DNA from: Pristiophorus japonicus
Taxonomy: Eukaryota
Length of the DNA stretch: 64,000 bases
NCBI RefSeq assembly: GCF_044704955.1
Contig: NC_091984.1
Coordinates: 146,754,001-146,818,000, forward strand
Reading direction: 5' to 3'
The position numbers were made by a program, and so were the translations under genes. Shown piece by piece: positions 21,562 to 32,339 of the stretch. Position 1 is the first letter of the stretch. Each line of letters starts with the position of its first letter. The notes beneath the pieces were generated by a model. That model worked only from the letters and a program-made list of their open reading frames with translations. It made no database searches and had not been told where the DNA came from.

Positions 21562-21600
21562 GGATATTGTACAGCCACTGCACTGGAAGCTGTCACTGTG
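21562..21600 (-). promoter_or_regulatory. J recombination signal sequence, 23-bp spacer
   Basis: GGATATTGT (21562-21570), 23 bp, CACTGTG (21594-21600). Heptamer is consensus; nonamer has 2 mismatches. Confidence 0.93.
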
Positions 21601-21635
21601 GCTCACATTCGGTAAAGGAACCAAGCTCAGACTGA
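21601..21635 (+). CDS. IGKJ: Ig light chain J segment (LTFGKGTKLRL)
   Basis: FGxG motif and phase-1 donor A|gtaagt at 21636; the only J seen before C. Confidence 0.97.
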
Positions 21636-21756
21636 GTAAGTAAACCCCAATGCTCTGTTATTAACACTTTAAATACTGAATCTTTCTCAGACACAAATGA
21701 TGAATATGAGAAGGTTTTAGTTTACATATGATTACACTCGAGCCTCCCGTCTTTTC

Positions 21757-22160
21757 TCATCTAAATCTATCAGCATAACCCTCTATTCCCTTCTCCCTCA
21801 TATCCCTGTCTAGCCTCCCCTTAAATACATCGATACTATTCACTTCAATCACTCCCTGTGGTAGCGAGTTCCACATTCTCACCACTCGCTGGGTAAAGAA
21901 TTTTCTCCTGAATTCCCGATTGGATTTCTTGCTGACTATCTTATATTGATAGTCTCTAGTTCTGCTCTTCCCCACAAGTGGAAACACACTCTCTGTATCC
22001 ACTCTATCAAAACCTTTCCTAATGTTAAAGACCTCTATCAGGTCACCCCTCAGCCTCAAAAGAAAAGAGCCCCAGCCTGTTCACCCTTTCCTGACATGTA
22101 CACCCGCACATTTCTGGTCCCATCCTTGTAAACCCTCTCTGCACCCTCTCCAGTGCCTCT
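21757..22160 (-). mobile_element. CR1 3' fragment in the J-C intron
   Basis: RLRGDLIEVF..FFTQRVVRMWNSLP (ORF 21757-22059). Confidence 0.85.
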
Positions 22161-22720
22161 GTATGGGTTATATAATATGGTGGGGAGCTGCGGTGAATGA
22201 AAGGGTTAATTGAAGAGTGCTGTGTATGACAGGGAGCCCGGCTGTATTCCTTTACCCACACTCCCCCTTCACCCAGCAAAGTATAAGTAACGAACTGTTA
22301 CCCACCGTGTGGAGGAGATCTGGACGTTGGCACACTGCGGTCCCATCCCTGCACCATCCCCGGAAATCACTCCCGAGCCTCCTGCCTGTCTCAGTGTGAC
22401 AGACACGGTGTGTGAGACACGGGCAGAGTGTGGGTGTGAGTGAGTGAGCTCGCTGGGGGCAGTCTGTGCTCCTGTCACAGTCTCTGATATAACTGAGCTC
22501 AGCCTCAGCACACTGACACTCCCGAGGTCCCGCCTCCCCCAGCTCCAACTCTGATCTGTCCAGTCCCCGCTCACCTCCTGTCCAACTTCTGATCGCAAAC
22601 AGGGGCAGCAGAGCTCGCAATCCGGCAGCTGCAGTGCTCCAGGGTTGTGGGGAGACTCTCAGTTGCTGTTTCTGTGGTTCGAGTTCAGGCCGATATTTAT
22701 CCCTCGACCTACATCGCTTA

Positions 22721-23045
22721 AACATAGAAACATAGAAAATAGGAGCAGTAGTAGGCCATTCGGCCCTTCGAGTCTGCACCGCCATTCAATATAATCATGG
22801 CTGATCCTCTATCTCAACACCATATTCCCATTTTTTCCCCATACCCCTTGATGCTTTTTGTTTCTAGAAATCTATCTATCTGCCTCTTAAATATATTCAG
22901 TGACTTGGCCTCCACAGCCTTCTGTGGCAGAGAATTCCACAGGTTCACCACCCTCTGAGTGAAAACATTTCTCCTCATCTCATTTGTAAATTTCCTATCG
23001 CGTATCCTGAGACTGTGACTCCTTGTTCTAGACTTCCCAGCCCCG
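22721..23045 (-). mobile_element. CR1 3' end with tail in the J-C intron
   Basis: aacatagaaacatagaaaatagg tail and the CR1 3' UTR. Confidence 0.85.
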
Positions 23046-23392
23046 GACTGTCGGAGGTGCCGTCTTTCAGATCAGACGTTAAACCAAGGCCCTGTTTGCC
23101 CTCTCAGGTGGATATAAAAGATCCCATGCCACTATTTTGAAGATGAGCAGGGGAGTTCTCCCCGGTGTCCTGGTCAATATTTCTCCCTCAACCAACGTGA
23201 CAAAAGAACAGATTATCATGTCGTTATCACATCGCTGTTTGTGGGAGCTTGCTGTGCACAGATTGGCTGCCGTGTTTCACACATTACAACAGTGACGACA
23301 CTCCAAAAGTCCTTCATTGGCTGTAAAGCGCTTTGAGATGTCCGGTGGTTGTGAAAGGCGTAATATAAATGCAAGACTATCTTTTTTTTTTC
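23046..23392 (+). mobile_element. Deu-domain SINE (SacSINE1/AmnSINE-like), 5'-truncated
   Basis: gtgccgtctttc..agacgttaaacc..aaagatcccatg..gtaaagcgctttg..tataaatgcaag core, recognised from memory of DeuSINE consensus sequences. Confidence 0.7.
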
Positions 23393-23620
23393 ATCACCTT
23401 TACATCAAATGCATTTATATTTAGATGCAACTTATCAAGCTAGGCAAAGAAGATTAAGAATTAGTGTTGCTCGCCTCTAATGGTTAATCACCAGCCAGGA
23501 GTTCATTCACCCAGCTCTCCGTTATCAGATGAAAACACACGGAAACACCACAGTGACACACACACACACACACACACATACTAATATACACCTATTAAAC
23601 ATCCTTCTCCTCCCTTTCAG

Positions 23621-23949
23621 GCCGAGGGAAGACCCCACCCACGCTGACCCTGCTGCCCCCCTCCCCGGAGGAGGTCACGACCAAGGGCACTGCCACCCTG
23701 GTGTGCCTCGCCGATCACTTCTACCCCGATGCGGTGGAGGTGGAGTGGAAGAAGGACGGGGCGACCATTTCGGCCGGGGTCCAGACCAGCGACTACCTGC
23801 GAGCTTCGGACAACACCTACAGTGTCAGCAGCCTGCTGACCCTCTCTGGCTCCGACTGGGAGTCCAACGCCAGCTTCTCCTGCAGCCTCACCCACGAGAG
23901 CCTCTCCTCTCCCCTCAGCAAGGGAGTCAGGAGAGCAGAATGTGCGTAG
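23621..23949 (+). CDS. IGKC: Ig kappa-type light chain C exon
   Basis: Acceptor tccctttcag; phase matches J. PTLTLLPPS..ATLVCLADHFYP..WKKDG..YSVSSLLTL..FSCSLTH..ECA*, with the penultimate interchain Cys. Confidence 0.97.
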
Positions 23950-24111
23950 CGTGTCAGCGACAGTCCGCGGGGGAGACGCAACTTTAAATAGAACAGGGGG
24001 TGAGCCGGGAGGGCAAAGGTCATTGTCAGCACTGCATTTCTACTCTCTTCCTTCTCGGGACTGGGTCAGGGAAAGCATCTGAGGGTCAGGGAGTAAGGCA
24101 CGTTATTGGGG

Positions 24112-24385
24112 CAGTATCGAGGGAGCTTTACTCTGTATCTAACCCGTGCTGTACCTAACCTGGGAGTGTTTGATGGGACAGTGTAGAGGGAGCTTTACTC
24201 TGTATCTAAGCCGTGCTGTACCTGACCTGAGAGTGTTTGATGGGACAGTGTAGAGGGAGCTTTACTCTGTATCTAATCCGTGCTGTACCTGACCTGAGAG
24301 TGTTTGATGGGACAGTGTAGAGGGAGCTTTACTCTGTATCTAACCCGTGCTGTACCTGCCCTGGGAGGGTTTGATGGGACAGTGT
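24112..24385. repeat. 67-bp tandem repeat x4 in the predicted IgL 3' UTR
   Basis: gggagctttactctgtatctaa starts at 24121, 24188, 24255 and 24322. Confidence 0.95.
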
Positions 24386-24580
24386 TGACTCGTGCTGCCA
24401 AGTCAAACCTCTCGAAGATGCTGAAGACTGTCAGTAGAGTAAAACTAATGTTAAACTGCGAAGTGCCGCTTCAGTAAGCAGACCCCCTCCCTGCTCACCC
24501 TGCTGTTACAAATCAAGGTTTTGTCCCCGTTTGAAGGGACAGGATTCTCACGGTGTGGAGAAAATCCCCACAACTATTTT

Positions 24581-24681
24581 AATAAAGCTGCATTCTCCCT
24601 GTGAATGTCTCCAACTCGCTCTCGCTGGGCTGTTTATTCAAGTCTTGTTTCTATAAATGTGAATCTGTAAAAGGCAATAAA
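24581..24681 (+). terminator. Two candidate polyadenylation signals for the IgL transcript
   Basis: AATAAA at 24581-24586 and 24676-24681, each followed by GT/T-rich sequence; first AATAAA noticed after the stop. Confidence 0.65.
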
Positions 24682-25267
24682 CGTGAAGAATATTCAGTCT
24701 GTGTCTGGCGACTGCTTTGGAAATGTCCCACCTCCCCCTCAGCTGCATTTCAGTAAGTGTCTGTCCTGATTGGCTGGGTGAGCTGTCAATCAATGGCACA
24801 TCAGCAGGAGATTTGATTCAAAGCCAATTATCAATCATTTTGAAACGATCAATTTGACCTCGAACCCCTGGAGTGCACAAGATTAAACACAGAGACTCTA
24901 AAAGCTGCTGGGATTAAACCCTCCCAGTCTGAGGGTTGGCTCTCACTCTGCACACTGGGGGTGTTGGGGCAGCTCCTGATGGTGGGATCGCACTGTGCAC
25001 TGTGTGCTGACTGCTGGGGGCAATCTGGGGGCAGGAGGCCACAGTCACAACGTTGCATTCTCTCTCCTTAACGTGTGGCTCGTGGCAGCAGCACAAAACT
25101 GCACCGAGTGAGGCCTCAGCTTCGGGAGAGGAGCAGTCAGTGTATCACCCTGTACTTGTCCCTGAGTGTTAGTGTGTCTTACCCAGCACCGCCTGTCGGG
25201 GTGTAGTGTGTGTGTGTTTATGTGTGTGAGTGACTGTGACCCAGCACTCTCTGTTGGTGTGTGTTCA

Positions 25268-26166
25268 GAACATAAGAAATAGGAGCAGGACTAGACCATT
25301 TGCTCCCTCGCGCCTGCTCCGCCATTCACTAAGATAATGGATTATCTGATCATCTCCACTTCCCCACCCGTTCCCCAGAATCTTTCACTTCCTTATCGCT
25401 CAATAATCTATCTATCGCTGCCTTAAATATATCCAATGACCCAGCCTCCACAGCTCTCTGGGACAGAGAATTCCACAGATTTACAACGCTCTGAGAGAAG
25501 AAACTCCTCCTCAACTCAATTTTAAATGGGCGGCCCCGAATTCTGAGACTATGTCCCCTAGTTTTAGTTTCCCCTATGAGTGGAAGTATCCTCTCTGCAT
25601 CCACCTTGTAGAGCACCCTCATAATCTTATATGTTGTGATACGACCATCTCTCATTCTTCTGAACTCCAATGTGTATCAGCCCAACCTGCTCAAACTATC
25701 TTCATAAGTCAACCTCCTCAGCTCCGAAATCGACCTCATGAACGTTCTCTGAACAACCTCCAATTCAAGTACATCCTTCATTAAATACGGAGACCAAAAT
25801 TGTACACAGTACTCTCGGTGTGGTCTCAGCAATACCCTGTACAGTTGTAGCAGGTCTTCCCTGCTTTTATACTGTATCCCCCTTGCAATAAAAGCCAACA
25901 TTCCATTTGCCTTCCTGATCACTTGTTGTACTTGCATACTAAACTTTTGTGTTTCATGCGCAAGGACCCCCAGTTCCAACTGTAATACAGCACTTTGCAA
26001 TCTTTCTCAATTTAACTTCTAATTTATTTTTCTATTATTTCTGCCAAAGTAGATAACCTCACATCTTCCCACATTATACTCCATCTGCCAAATTTTTGCC
26101 CACGCACTTAGCCTGTCTAAATCCTTTTGCAGATTTTGTGTCCTCACAATTTGCTTTCCTGCCCAT
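25268..26166 (-). mobile_element. CR1 3' fragment, truncated by an LTR
   Basis: ORFs 25350-25670 and 25677-26000; same family as 5628-6230. Confidence 0.85.
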
Positions 26167-26412
26167 TGTCATGTATTCAACTGTCATTGTAACCCATGAA
26201 TAAACTGACCTAAGTTGTACACCATGAGAACATTGATCACTAGGTGGTGAATTGTGGGAGACACTCCTAACCTGGACTTTCAGGTATAAAAGTGGAAGCT
26301 CCACCTACCTTCATCACTTCAGTGCTGGCTAATAAAAGTTACTGGTCACAGACTGACTTTCTCTCAAGTATGGGCCTCATGTGCATTTATACTGTACAGT
26401 AAGGACATATTA
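26167..26412 (+). mobile_element. Solitary LTR related to the V-J Gypsy LTRs
   Basis: tgtcatgtattcaa..cactcctaacctggac..ggtataaaag..tgcatttatactgta..gtaaggac; no TSD. Confidence 0.9.
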
Positions 26413-26419
26413 ACAATGA

Positions 26420-27118
26420 TCAGGAGGATGCCATTCAGCCTCTCGAGCCTGCTCCACCATTCAATGAGATCATGGCTGATCTTCTACCTCAACTCCACTT
26501 TCCTGCACTGTCCCCATATCCCTCGATTCCCTTAATATTAAAAAATCTATCGATCTCCGTCTTGAATATAGTCAAAGACTGAGCCTCCACAGCCCTCTGG
26601 GGGAGAGAATTCCAGAGATTCACCACCCTCTGAGTGAAGAGATTTCTCCACATCTCAGACCTAACTGGCCGAACCCTTATTCTGAGACTGTGACCCCTGG
26701 TTCTAGACTCCCCAGCCAGAGGAAACATCCTCCCTGCATCTACCCTGTCAAGCCCTGTCAGAATTGTGTATGTTTTAATGAGATCCCCTCTCATTCTTCT
26801 AAACTCGAGAGAGTATAGGCCTTGGAACTTGTGGAACCAAGGCGGGTAGATGGAGTTCAGATACAGATGAGCCATGATCTGATTGAATGGGGGAACAGGC
26901 TCGAGGGGCTGAATGGCCTCCTCCTGTTCATTGTGTCCAGCAGCAGCTGTGTACCTCTCCGCAACCTCATCTTGACTTTTATCAGTCGCATCGGAGCCTT
27001 GATTCCCTCACCAGGGGGCTGGTGTTTCCAGATCAATGTCCAGCTGATCGATGCCATGAGTCAGACTCAGTGAGTGCATTTCAGCGGGTGGAAAGGCTGC
27101 TCTAACTGCAGCCTTGTT
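26420..27118. repeat. CR1 3' fragments plus unique block duplicated at 7096-7497
   Basis: ORF 26489-26875 is CR1. The unique part (about 26930-27118) has CAGCTG x2, TCACCAGGGGGC and TGAGTCA. Confidence 0.9.
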
Positions 27119-27124
27119 CGAATT

Positions 27125-27910
27125 CATTTGGGGAGGGGCAGCAAAGCAAGGGAATACACAATAAATGGGAGGGTAATGAGAGGGGTGGAGGAATGGAGGG
27201 ACCTTGGAGTGCATGTCCACAGATTGCTGAAGGTAGCAGGCCAGGTCGATAAGGTGGTTAAAAAGGCATACGGAATAATTGCCTTTATTAGCTGAGGCAT
27301 AGAATACAAGAGCAGGGAGGTTATGCTTGAACTTTACAAAACACTAGTTCGGCCACAGCTAGAGTACTGTGTGCAGTTCTGGTCACCACATTACAGGAAA
27401 GATGTGATTGCACGAGAGAGGGTACAGAGGAGATTCACGAAGATGTTGCCGGGACTGGAGAATTTTAGCTATGAGGAAAGATTGGATCTGCTGGGGCTGT
27501 TTTCCTTGGAACAGAGGAGGCTGAGGGGAGACGTTATTGAGGTGTATAAAATGATGAGGGGCCTAGATAGAGTGGATAGAATGGACCCATTTCCCTTAGC
27601 AGAGGGGTCAATAACCAGGGGGCATAGATTTAAAGTAATTGGTGGAAGGTTTAGAGGGGAGATGAGGAAACAATTCTTCACCCAGAGGGTGGTGGGGGTC
27701 TGGAACTCACTGCCTGAAAGGGTGGTAGAGGCAGAAATCCTCACCACATTTAAAAAGTACTTGGATGTGCCCTTACAGTGCCGTAACCCACAGGGCTATG
27801 ATCCAGAGCTGGAAAGTGGGATTAGGCTGGGTAGCTCTTTGTTGGCCGGCACAGACACGATGGGCCGATATGGCCTCCTTCTGTGCTGTAATTTTCTGTG
27901 ATTCTATGAT
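27125..27910 (+). mobile_element. CR1 3' fragment
   Basis: ORF 27323-27901 LVRPQLEYCVQFWSP; tail ttctgtgattctatga. Confidence 0.9.
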
Positions 27911-28014
27911 CGTGCTGGTGGTGTTGACCACTTTAAAAGTCGCAGCATACATTTTATTGAAGCTATTTTCTTCCCCGGTTTCCCCGCTGCCAATAATTGG
28001 ATCAATCGATGCTG

Positions 28015-28030
28015 TAGCGCCCCCTTGTGG
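28015..28030 (-). promoter_or_regulatory. Candidate CTCF site in non-repeat sequence
   Basis: Reverse complement CCACAAGGGGGCGCTA differs by 1 base from the CCACCAGGGGGCGCTA consensus. Confidence 0.5.
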
Positions 28031-28196
28031 TACATCTATATGGGCTCCACCCAAACTCCTGCTTTCAACCCTTGAACCCACATTGCCTACACTAGCTGGA
28101 GCCCCGCTCCTTAATCACAGCATCTCCCAGCACAGAGGGAGGCCATTTGGACCATCAATCCTGTGCTGGCTCTTTGAAAGAGCTGTGGACAACTAT

Positions 28197-28345
28197 GGCC
28201 TGGACCAATGATTCAGAGACACGAGTTCAAATCCCACCACGGCAGCTGGGGAATTTAAATTCAGTTAATTAAATAAATCTCGAATAAAAAGCAAGTGTCA
28301 GTAATGGTGACCATGGAACTGCCGGATTGTCATAAAAACCCATCT
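28197..28345 (+). mobile_element. tRNA-derived SINE fragment
   Basis: B-box-like GAGTTCAAATCC followed by an AT-rich body. Confidence 0.55.
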
Positions 28346-29414
28346 ACCTGGCCTGCTACCTTCAGGGATCTGTGGACATGCAAACAAAGGTCCCTTTGTT
28401 CCTCTACACCTCTCAGTGTCCCACCATTTAATGTGTATTGCCTTGCCTTGTTAGCCCTCCCCAAATGCATTACCTCACACTTCTCTGGATTAAATTCCAT
28501 TTGCCACTATTCTGCGCACCTGACCATTTCATTGATATCTTCCTGCAGTCTACAGCTTTCTTCTTCATTATCAGCCACACGGCTGATTTTAGTGTCATCT
28601 GTAAACTTTTTCATCGTGCCCCCTACATTCAAGTCTAAATCATTTATATATACAGGCAACTCTTGATAATCCGCACATGCATCCAATGGGAAACCATTAC
28701 AACGGGATTTCAAATTTCGGCCCGGGAAAGCATCGGGCCGATGCATTCAGAGTCCTTTCAGCCCGTGAAAGCATCGGGCCAGTGTGTTCGGAGTCCTTTC
28801 AGCCCGTGAAAGCATCGGGCCAGTGCGTTCGGAGTCCTTTCCGTCCGGGAAGACATCGGGTTTTAACTTTATAAGGTCAATCGCTCTAACGGAGGAATCA
28901 TTTACCTGGCATAGCCCAATCCCCGAGGGACCCAGATAATTGAGAGTTGCCTGTACCACAAAAAGCAAGGGACCTTTTACTGAGCCCTGCGGAACCCCAC
29001 TGGAAACAGCCTTCCAGTCACAAAAACACCCATCAACCATTACCCTTTGCTTCCTGCCTCTGAACCAAATTTGGATCCAACTTGCAACTTTGCCCTGGAT
29101 CCCATGGGCTTTTACTTTCGTGAGCAGTCTGCAATGTGGGACCTTATCAAAAGTCTTGCTAAAATCCATACAAACTACTTCAAATGCACTGCCCTCATCG
29201 ACCCTCCTCATTACTTCCTTAATGAATTCAATTAAGTTAGTCAGACACGACCTTCCCTTAAGTCCATGCTGACTGTCCTTGATTAACCCGTGTCTTTATA
29301 AATGAAGATTTATCCTGTCCCTCAGAATTGTTTACAATAACTTTCCCAGCACCGAGTTTAGGCTGACTGGCCTGTAATTATTTGGTCTATCCCTTTCTCC
29401 CTTTTTAAACAAAG
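28345..29414 (-). mobile_element. CR1 RT fragment, continuing at 31224-31450 beyond a Gypsy insertion
   Basis: ORFs 28507-28746, 28747-29211 (DFSKTFDKVPH, VPQGSV) and 31131-31427. Confidence 0.85.
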
Positions 29415-31223
29415 TGTTGTGTATAGAGGAGCTCCACGAGGCTGAGTACTGTGAGCTAAACTTATTTTAACCTTAGTCTTCTTTATTACAACTCCAGAGT
29501 GCCTAAGCAACATGGCAGTCGCCCCCTCTGGTGACAAGTATTACATAGTTACATACATAACATCACTCCACCCCCCCAAGTCTTCAGTACATATTATTTC
29601 CAAGTTGAGGCAATCCGGAGCCCTTCGCTCCCTGGTTGATCGTCTAAGTTCAAACCCTGGTGTGTGTGAGTTGGCCGGACCATTGCCACACTGCACCACG
29701 GCTGGTCTGACCGGACTGTCAGGAACAGTGGATTCATCCTCGTGATTGACAGCGAGTTCTATTGCTGGTGGGGTGTGTGTTGGTGGATCGTCGATGGTGA
29801 TGTCCTCATCAAGTCGTTCCTGGTTGTCAGTAAATCACAATTTGGTCTGATCTAAATGCTTTCTGCACGTTTGGCCATTTACCAGTTTGATTATAAACAC
29901 CCTATTCACTTCCTTGGCCAAAACAGTGCCAGCAACCCACTTGGGACCGTGACGGTAATTCAGGACAAACACAGGGTCGTTAACATCAATGTCACGTGAA
30001 ACAGTGGCACGATCGTGGTACATGTTCTGCCTGTGTCGCTGGGTTTCCACTTGAACATTAAGATTCGGGTGGACAAGGGAGAGCCTGGTTTTGAGGGCTC
30101 TCTTCATTAACAATTCTACCAGAGGAACCCCGGTGAGCGAGTGGGGTCGTGTCCGGTAACTGTGCAGAATGCGAGACAAGCGGTTCTGCAGGGAACCATC
30201 CGTCACGCATTTCATGCTCCGCTTGATTGTTTGGACTGCCCGCTCCGCTTGACCGTTAGACGTGGGCTTAAACGGAGCAGACCTGACATGCTTGATGCCA
30301 TTCCGGCTCATAAACTCGTTGAATTCCGAGCTGGTGAAACACAGTCCATTGCCGCTGACAAAGATGTCGGGCAAGCCATGGGTGGCGAACTTGGCCTGGA
30401 GGCTTTCAATGGTGGCTGTGGGCGTGCTGGATGAAGTGATTACGCATTCAATCCATTTGGAGTAAGCATCCACAACTACTAAAATTATCTTTCCTAGAAA
30501 GGGGCCAGCAAAATTTACTTGGATCCTGGACCACGGTTTGGAGGGCCATGACCACAGACTCAGTGGAGCCTCCCTTGGTGCACTGCCCAGTTGCGAGCAA
30601 GTGTTGCATTGGTGCACGCATGACTCCAAGTCCAATCAATGCTGGACCACCAAACATGCGAGCTGGCAATTGCTTTCATCATGACAATGCCTGGGTGGGT
30701 ACTGTGTAGGTCACGTATAAACGTTTTCCTGCCTTTTTATGACAAAACCACATGTGCACAACTCTGCATATTACTTCTCCGTTGGTTTTGTCAGTGCGAG
30801 CACATTCTTCATGAGGCCGTATATTTCAGGCCCACAGACGGCGAGGAGAACCGCCCAGCACTTGGCTGCGTTAGTGTCACCTTCCAGCTCGTTTGCCACG
30901 AAGTACGGTCGAGACTTACGACGAAGGCATCCCAATCATCACCCTCTACGAATCTCTCTAATATTCCAACAGCAGCCATGGTTGCGTGAAGATTCGTATT
31001 CTGTTACTCTTCGCCAACTGTTGTGTATAGAAGAACTCCACAAGGCTGAGTACTGTGAGCTAAATTTAGTGTGACCATAGTCTTCTTTATTACAACTCCA
31101 GAGTGCCTGAACAATATGGCAGCCAACCTTTTATACTGGCCCTGCATGTGTGTGCAGGTGACCATGAGGACTCCAACACTCGCGCCCTCTAGTGGCAAGT
31201 ATGACAGAGTTATACACATAACA
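29415..31223 (-). mobile_element. Internally deleted Gypsy element (LTR, 5' stub, integrase, LTR)
   Basis: LTRs 29415-29562 and 31019-31223; PBS TGGCGAAGAG; integrase ORF 29835-30635; near-TSD caaag/caaat. Confidence 0.9.
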
Positions 31224-32339
31224 CAAATTTACAACATGAGCAGTCCACCAGTCCTCTGGCACCACACCTGTAGCCAGAGAGGATTGGGAAATGAGGGCCA
31301 GAGCCTCCGCTACTTCCTCTTTTGTTTCTCTTAACAGCCTGGGATACTTTTCATCTGGGCCTCGGGATTTATCCACTTTCAAAGCTGTTAACCCCCTTAA
31401 TCCTTCCTCTCTCACTATGTATTTCATCTAATATTTCACACTCCTTCCTGTATATAAATGCAAGTTGTTGTTGTGTTCAGGGGCCGCTGTATCTGGCTCA
31501 GGCTTCTTATCCATCCCCCCTTCCCTTCCCCCTCCATTGGGGGCCGTGCCTTCAGCTGCCTGGGCCCTAACTCCCTGCTCCCTAAACCTCTCTGCCACTC
31601 CACCCCTCTCCGCTTTTAAGACCTCCCTTCAAACCCAATCTGTGACTGAGGGTTTTGATCACCCTCCCAGCCCCTCCCCCTTTGGCTCAGCAGCACTTTG
31701 ACCAGATTACGACTCTGTCAGCTGCTTCGGGATGTTGTTCTAATGTTCCAGTTGCGAGAGCAATGCAGGTTGTTGCTGCTGGACCTGGCGGCAGAGCGTC
31801 TCTGTGTGGATGTACCCCGTGCACCAAGCTCCGTGGTGAGGCCTCCCACAGTGGAATGACCTGCCAATGCTCACTGCAGTGCGGAGTGGCTGCTGACCCA
31901 CCAATCGGTCTGAGACACCGCCTCACGAGCGGATGAGGAGATACACGCTGAGATCCACCATCAAATGACACATGGGGAACTGGAAATGATTCTGCAAACC
32001 TGACTGGAGGTTTGGTACAAACGGGTTTTACAAACCAATCAATTGAGTGACACAGAAATTGTCCAAAAATTTGGTCTTTTCAGAATCAACATCGCCCCCT
32101 TTTGGTATGAAGACAGCACTGCCAATTTCCCTCACAATTTGACTGAGCTGCAATTTTCAATGTCTCCCTACATGGCTCGCTGTCAATCTTTATTCTATAA
32201 CGCTCCTGTGAAGCGCTCGGGGAGTTTTACTGTGTTAAAGGTGCTGTATAAAAGTTGCTGTTGTTGTTTGTTCTGAGTTAGCTGTTCCAACTGAGGTCGG
32301 GATATGACTCACAGCTCAGACTGTGTGGCATCCAGTGAT

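Noticed and set aside
23529-23987. 152-aa ORF overlapping the C exon
   Set aside because: Alternative frame of a GC-rich exon starting in a (CA)n intron tract; no supporting signals.
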